Assembly: GCA_038213805.1 (NCBI GenBank)
Contig: JBBQSO010000024.1
Span: 1-64,000, forward strand
DNA length: 64,000 nucleotides
Origin: Planctomycetota bacterium
GTDB lineage: Bacteria; Planctomycetota; UBA11346
Direction: 5' to 3'
The stretch's first letter is position 1, and the number at the start of each line of letters is the position of its first letter. This document shows, piece after piece, positions 60,401-64,000 of the stretch. A model generated the notes under the pieces. It saw only the letters and a list, made by a program, of their open reading frames with translations. It searched no databases and was not told the DNA's origin. A program made the translations under genes and the position numbers.

Positions 60401-61157
60401 CACCAATTCCTACCGCTGGGTGCGCATGTTCAGTGCCACGGGCGGATTGTGCGACGCTACCGAGATCGCCTTGGTCGGCACGACGGGTGGCAGCAGCACG
60501 GTGGCCATGCCGACGTTCTCGCCCGCGGGAGGCACCTACACCTCGCCCCAAGCCGTGACACTCAGCTGCTCCACCAGCGGTGCGATCATCCACTTCACGA
60601 CCGACGGGTCGACCCCGACGGCCTCGTCGACAACCTACAATGGCACGATCAACGTGGCGAGCACGATGACGATCACGGCGATCGCTACGGCATCGAACAT
60701 GACCGCCAGCGCGGCTGGGAGCGCAACCTACACCATCTCGACTCCTGGGACGGTGGCGACGCCGACGTTCTCGCCCGCGGGAGGCACCTACACCTCGCCC
60801 CAAGCCGTGACGCTCAGCTGCTCCACCGGCGGTGCCATCATCCACTTCACGACCGACGGGTCGACCCCGACGGCCTCGTCGAGCACTTCCAGCGGCGCGA
60901 TGACCGTGGCGAACACAACGACGATAAAAATGATCGCCACCGCGTCGGGACTGAGCGACAGCGCGGTGGCGAGCGCGACGTACACCATCGCACCCGGCAT
61001 TACGGCAGCTCAGGCGGATTCCGGCGCAAGTCATCGATGTGGAATCGGTTCGGGCTTGGCGGCCTTCATCTTGGGCCTGCTGACCATGGTTGGAAGAAGA
61101 CAGCGAAGCGCGCCTCGACATCAGAGTGCGTGTAGTCCAGCGGCGCTGCGCCAGTGA
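57468..61157 (+). CDS. Large modular surface protein: SGNH-FN3-(chitobiase/FN3-associated)x2-FN3-SGNH-discoidin-like-(FN3-associated)x2-TM tail
   Basis: Two GDSIT/GTND/DGxHP sets; four PxFSPxGGTY..IHFTxDGSTPT repeats; C-terminal CGIGSG plus TM plus RRQR; start uncertain. Confidence 0.88.
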   Translation: MTQYIRSNHQDILRYPPYAALLTRWSLSAWARIACCARLQRGRVLLVGLTVVAGRRGRLLRLAVLMLAWASLLIGAEPNIDGLTTIRIMPLGDSITAGYGADVGGYREQLKNRLASAGYNAVFVGSQSTFNLTSDPSLAHEGHSGWTIPQITSIVTGSFSLNSTSANQVITTANPDVVMLMIGTNDMLGSNGMGIDPNLYRQLLDAIYVQKPTVRVIVMPFIYCSIFADVQGDNVNYGGRDIRFINSQNVVVARLDGGLVQIITGYQRAGRRISFYDGLNLVVTPANCHDTAVLTDGVHPTAGTYEAMGNALVRAIQDVSSGVLDGSVLATMPSGLIATANGAGFDLAWTRNSANETGFQIDATSDPAFQNGITTVTAPAGSNGASITGLLANTHYYLRIRAVDAAGASANTTPSEATTGTGGSSVLSTPAFSPDGGTYTSTQAVTLSCATVGAAIHFTIDGSTPTAASTTYSGAISVPSTTTIKAVATASGLSASAVASATYTIAAPATVPTPVISPGGGTYTSTQAVTLSCSTGGAAIHFTIDGTTPTGSSPTYTSAINVASTTTIKAIATASGMSASAVASATYTITAGSGLASVTGLQASGEASTQINATWTNPGGATAVEVQYDTDPGYPAPTSLILGATTDHVQIAHLTPSMTYFLRVRCTNGASSSAWVGASVATLALVDLVMVGDSITYGWGYASSGRNTVGKGIPGDQSGNASQRFFADVITLRPRLVTIMIGTNDIANGVTVPTIESNLTAMVQTARSNGIGVILGTVPPAGNTTVRPTGLIDALNDWIATYAASQGLRVADYHAAMWPYNAGDFGDGLHPSTQGYAKMSAVLDAVLPLALADQGSGYGSAPADPTAYPNGDGALSGVPFGDGSAPPEYAWDGNPNTMYESGSDSGSNGYTGLDLGAPKRITGYRFLANQDPVNRLYRRSFGARLQGSNSSATTGFIDIALVSLVPFSNRTVAYGITDTNSYRWVRMFSATGGLCDATEIALVGTTGGSSTVAMPTFSPAGGTYTSPQAVTLSCSTSGAIIHFTTDGSTPTASSTTYNGTINVASTMTITAIATASNMTASAAGSATYTISTPGTVATPTFSPAGGTYTSPQAVTLSCSTGGAIIHFTTDGSTPTASSSTSSGAMTVANTTTIKMIATASGLSDSAVASATYTIAPGITAAQADSGASHRCGIGSGLAAFILGLLTMVGRRQRSAPRHQSACSPAALRQ

Positions 61158-61872
61158 GAGCGGATCGATGACCGCTGGTCTGAAGTAGGTGGAAGAGCGT
61201 CAGGCACGCCGAGAGTCCCCGAGCCCGCTCATCGCCGAGCCCGGACCAGGTGCTGGTGGCATCCGTCCAGTGGTCCTGTTGCGCAAGCAGGATGCCACGT
61301 CGATACCGCGCCGCATCGATCTGCCCAGGATCGCGTGCGGAAGTCTCGACCTGAAGATATGCGGAGAGGGCCTCCGCGAGCTGGCCGTGGTCGACTCACG
61401 CATCGCCTATGGTGGTGGATGGCAGGCGCTCAGGCAGGTCCCTTGCCGCAGATAGCACATTGGCCCATCCTCACGTGGGCGCTGCCCGTCACCATGCCGA
61501 TCCTGCTGGTCGTCGCGCTGGTGCGCGGCTGCTCCTGATGGCGGCTGCAGGAGGGGGACGCGACCCACCGCAGATTTTGGGATACGCCATTATTCCATGC
61601 GCTGCTGATGGCCCGATGCGTGAGCCGGTATTCGATCGCCCCATGCTCGAACGGGCGACCATCACGTGGCGCTGGCGGAATTCCGGAATGTATCCATTTT
61701 CGAAGTCGATCCATTAGAGATATTAGTGCACATCAAGCTTTTCGGCATACACCGTATGTCCGGAATTGCGAAAACCGCTCGTCTCACCTACCAGTTAGCG
61801 GTCACCGCCCTGCTGGCCGAACCCGCAACGAGTGGATGCGCCTCCCGCGCATCGGTCGCCCACCGGTGCTCC

Positions 61873-64000
61873 ATGATCAACCCCTTTCCAATCCATCGCG
61901 ATGGTCCGTGCTGCCCCGGCGCGCAGCTCGGCTCGCGCCGCCCTGGCGGTCGCCAGGGCTTCACCCTGTTTGAGATCGCCATCTCGCTGTCGCTGCTGAC
62001 CTTCGGCGTGGTCAGCGTGATCATGCTCATCCCCAGCGGCATCAAGGCCCAGCAGAAGGCCCGGTTCGAGCTCCTCGCCGCGACGCAGACCCTGCAGATG
62101 ATCGAGATGTTCGCGGGCAAGTCGAACTCCGAGCGCTGCGCCGACTTCGAGACGCCGGCTCCGTGGGAGGCGCGGCCGTTCTGTTATTCCGGGACGCGCT
62201 GGGATCTCGAAACGCGACTGACGCGCTGGGATTCGGGCGTCATGGCAGTGCCACCCGAGATCGCCCGGCGCCTCGATTCCGAGAGCGATGAGATCCGCAC
62301 CATCCTCGATCAGGGCGGGAGTCTGTATTATGCCGATCCGCGGGCGGTACCGGGCATCGATCCGCACTACATCAATCCCGGCGCTCCGAGCGAGGTCCTC
62401 AAGCTGATCTTCGCGGTGACCGGCTACGCCCAGAACAACGCCATCCCGGTGCTGTCCGACAAGGCGTGGCCGTACCGGGCCGCCTATCCCTCTCCCCCGC
62501 GCTACGCCGCCTTCGACAGCGGACGGATGGTGCCGCCGTCCCTGCCGGCGCCCTTCACCAGCTCGCTGGCCGGCACGACGGTGGCATGCCTGGAAGGGTG
62601 GAGCACCGGTCGCCCCGATGCCCAGCCGCCCAGCGACCGCGATCCACTGCTGGCCACGATCTTCTCCAAGGCCGTGGCCTACGACGCCATCACCAGCGGC
62701 AACATTCCGGCTGCCGCCACGCGCGACAGCGCGCTGAAGCCGGTCCGCGACCCTCTGCTGGTCGCGGTGCTGGCGTTCTGCAGCGATGTCTTCCAGTCGC
62801 GCATCCACAACGCCCTTGGCACGCTGCCGGTCTCAGGCCTCGGCCCCAGCGACGAGTTCAAGAACTACGTGCTCGCCCCCGGCATCACCGACTTCGTCGC
62901 CCTCGGCCAGCAGTACGATGACGACTTCGCGGCGCTCTGCCGGCGCGCAGAGGTCGTGCCCGGAGAAGCCTATGTGCTGGCGAAGGCCAGCGTGCGGGCC
63001 GAGATCGCGCAGCGCGTGCAGTGCATGCGCTTTATGGCCTTCGTCATGTCGACGTTCTACATCCACCGCACCGACACCGGCGAGGCCGAACCGGATCTGA
63101 GTATGGTCTTCCCCTTCCGCGACTGCTCGCCCGCACCCGTCCTGCCCGTGCCCGTCAACGATGCGCTGAGCAAGGACCGCCTGCGCTACTACCACGAACG
63201 CTGCACGCGCTTCGCGATGCGCTACGCGGCGAGCTTCCCCTACGACTGGGGCGCGCCGCGGCCGCTGACGCGCAGCATCATGATGGACTACCCGCTGATT
63301 GAGTACGACCTGTTCTCGGCCCCGCGCACCGGCACGACGGTGGGACTCGCGGGGGTGCCGGTGGCGATGTGGAAACCGGTCTCCGCGCAGACCATCACCA
63401 GCATCGGCCTGCCCGAGATCTTCCCGGGCACGCTCACCGGGAACAGCTTCGACAACACCAGGTCGCCGTTCCAGCCGATGGACACCCGCGGTGGCGGTCA
63501 GCCGCTGTGGGGCGACGCGGCGCACTTCACGCTGACCAAGCCGTTCACCCCGGCGGAGCGCTGCCGGCAGCTGGTGTTCTGGTCGGTGGATTGGCAGTCC
63601 TACGAGGACGCCGAGACCGCGCCGAGCGCACCGCTGGATGCGAGCCGCGCTCCGCTGTTCGGGCTCGACGCCACCAACATGCGGAATGATTCGGACTACA
63701 ACGCCCGCAACAATCCGGGATGGACCCCGGTGGATGGCCTGTTCCTGCGCAATCCCGAGCGCCTGCTGACCTTCACCGGCCCCGTCAGCGCGCTGCCGAC
63801 CGGCACAGCGGTGCAGAGCCTGATGATGACCGACTGGGGCACTCCCGATTCCGGCAACGGCATGGGCAACCTCAACATCCTCAACGGCGTCTACGGCGCC
63901 GACCGCAACCACAACTACGTCCTCGATCGCGGTGCGCAGAGCCGCAGCGTCCGGCTGCGCGCGAACCTCGTGGCGCGCTTCAACTTCTACGATCCGCGCA
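61873..64000 (+). CDS. Large prepilin-type N-terminal cleavage/methylation domain protein (3' truncated)
   Basis: Hand translation of the N-terminal part: ..GGRQG|FTLFEIAISLSLLTFGVVSVIMLIP..; absent from the ORF track, consistent with no stop before the window end. Confidence 0.82.
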   Translation, partial: MINPFPIHRDGPCCPGAQLGSRRPGGRQGFTLFEIAISLSLLTFGVVSVIMLIPSGIKAQQKARFELLAATQTLQMIEMFAGKSNSERCADFETPAPWEARPFCYSGTRWDLETRLTRWDSGVMAVPPEIARRLDSESDEIRTILDQGGSLYYADPRAVPGIDPHYINPGAPSEVLKLIFAVTGYAQNNAIPVLSDKAWPYRAAYPSPPRYAAFDSGRMVPPSLPAPFTSSLAGTTVACLEGWSTGRPDAQPPSDRDPLLATIFSKAVAYDAITSGNIPAAATRDSALKPVRDPLLVAVLAFCSDVFQSRIHNALGTLPVSGLGPSDEFKNYVLAPGITDFVALGQQYDDDFAALCRRAEVVPGEAYVLAKASVRAEIAQRVQCMRFMAFVMSTFYIHRTDTGEAEPDLSMVFPFRDCSPAPVLPVPVNDALSKDRLRYYHERCTRFAMRYAASFPYDWGAPRPLTRSIMMDYPLIEYDLFSAPRTGTTVGLAGVPVAMWKPVSAQTITSIGLPEIFPGTLTGNSFDNTRSPFQPMDTRGGGQPLWGDAAHFTLTKPFTPAERCRQLVFWSVDWQSYEDAETAPSAPLDASRAPLFGLDATNMRNDSDYNARNNPGWTPVDGLFLRNPERLLTFTGPVSALPTGTAVQSLMMTDWGTPDSGNGMGNLNILNGVYGADRNHNYVLDRGAQSRSVRLRANLVARFNFYDPR

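Noticed and set aside
61189..61455. LAVVDSRIAYGGG resembling part of a phospholipase D HKD motif
   Set aside because: H and K are absent, the match is too short and there is no supporting context

Overview
GC-rich bacterial chromosome segment. A Planctomycetota/PVC-type origin is inferred from the polA-coaE-rho order, Rhodopirellula-type ECF/FecR pairs, a Ser/Thr kinase and a large prepilin-like protein. Layout: (1) 1-7.2 kb: IS4-like right end, then purQ, a secreted Ig-like protein, dxs, ybaB/ebfC, an HTH-less LacI/GntR-type ligand domain and dapF. (2) 7.2-30.0 kb: an island of small general-stress-type proteins (BON lipoprotein, DUF3309, DUF3185, DUF1328, ElaB/YqjE-like, microproteins), beta-barrels, an ABC exporter, two histidine kinases, three stand-alone receivers and a sigma-54 activator. 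Most of its transcription units carry a TGGCAy-N7-GC (-24/-12) sigma-54 promoter. (3) 30.2-52.2 kb: argJ, M48 peptidase, RluA, xerD, Ser/Thr kinase, NtrC-type regulator plus kinase, an ECF-FecR(PA14)-barrel module, a rho gene with an in-frame dephospho-CoA kinase (CoaE) domain, polA and a TlpA protein. (4) 52.3-64 kb: accessory region with IS66/IS630 remnants, ECF-FecR(LamG), two modular SGNH esterases (one with a CGxGSG-TM-basic C-terminal tail) and a truncated >700-aa prepilin-type protein. Best candidates for undescribed biology: the CoaE-Rho fusion and the apparent sigma-54-driven stress island. All family calls come from motif recognition by eye, not database searches.
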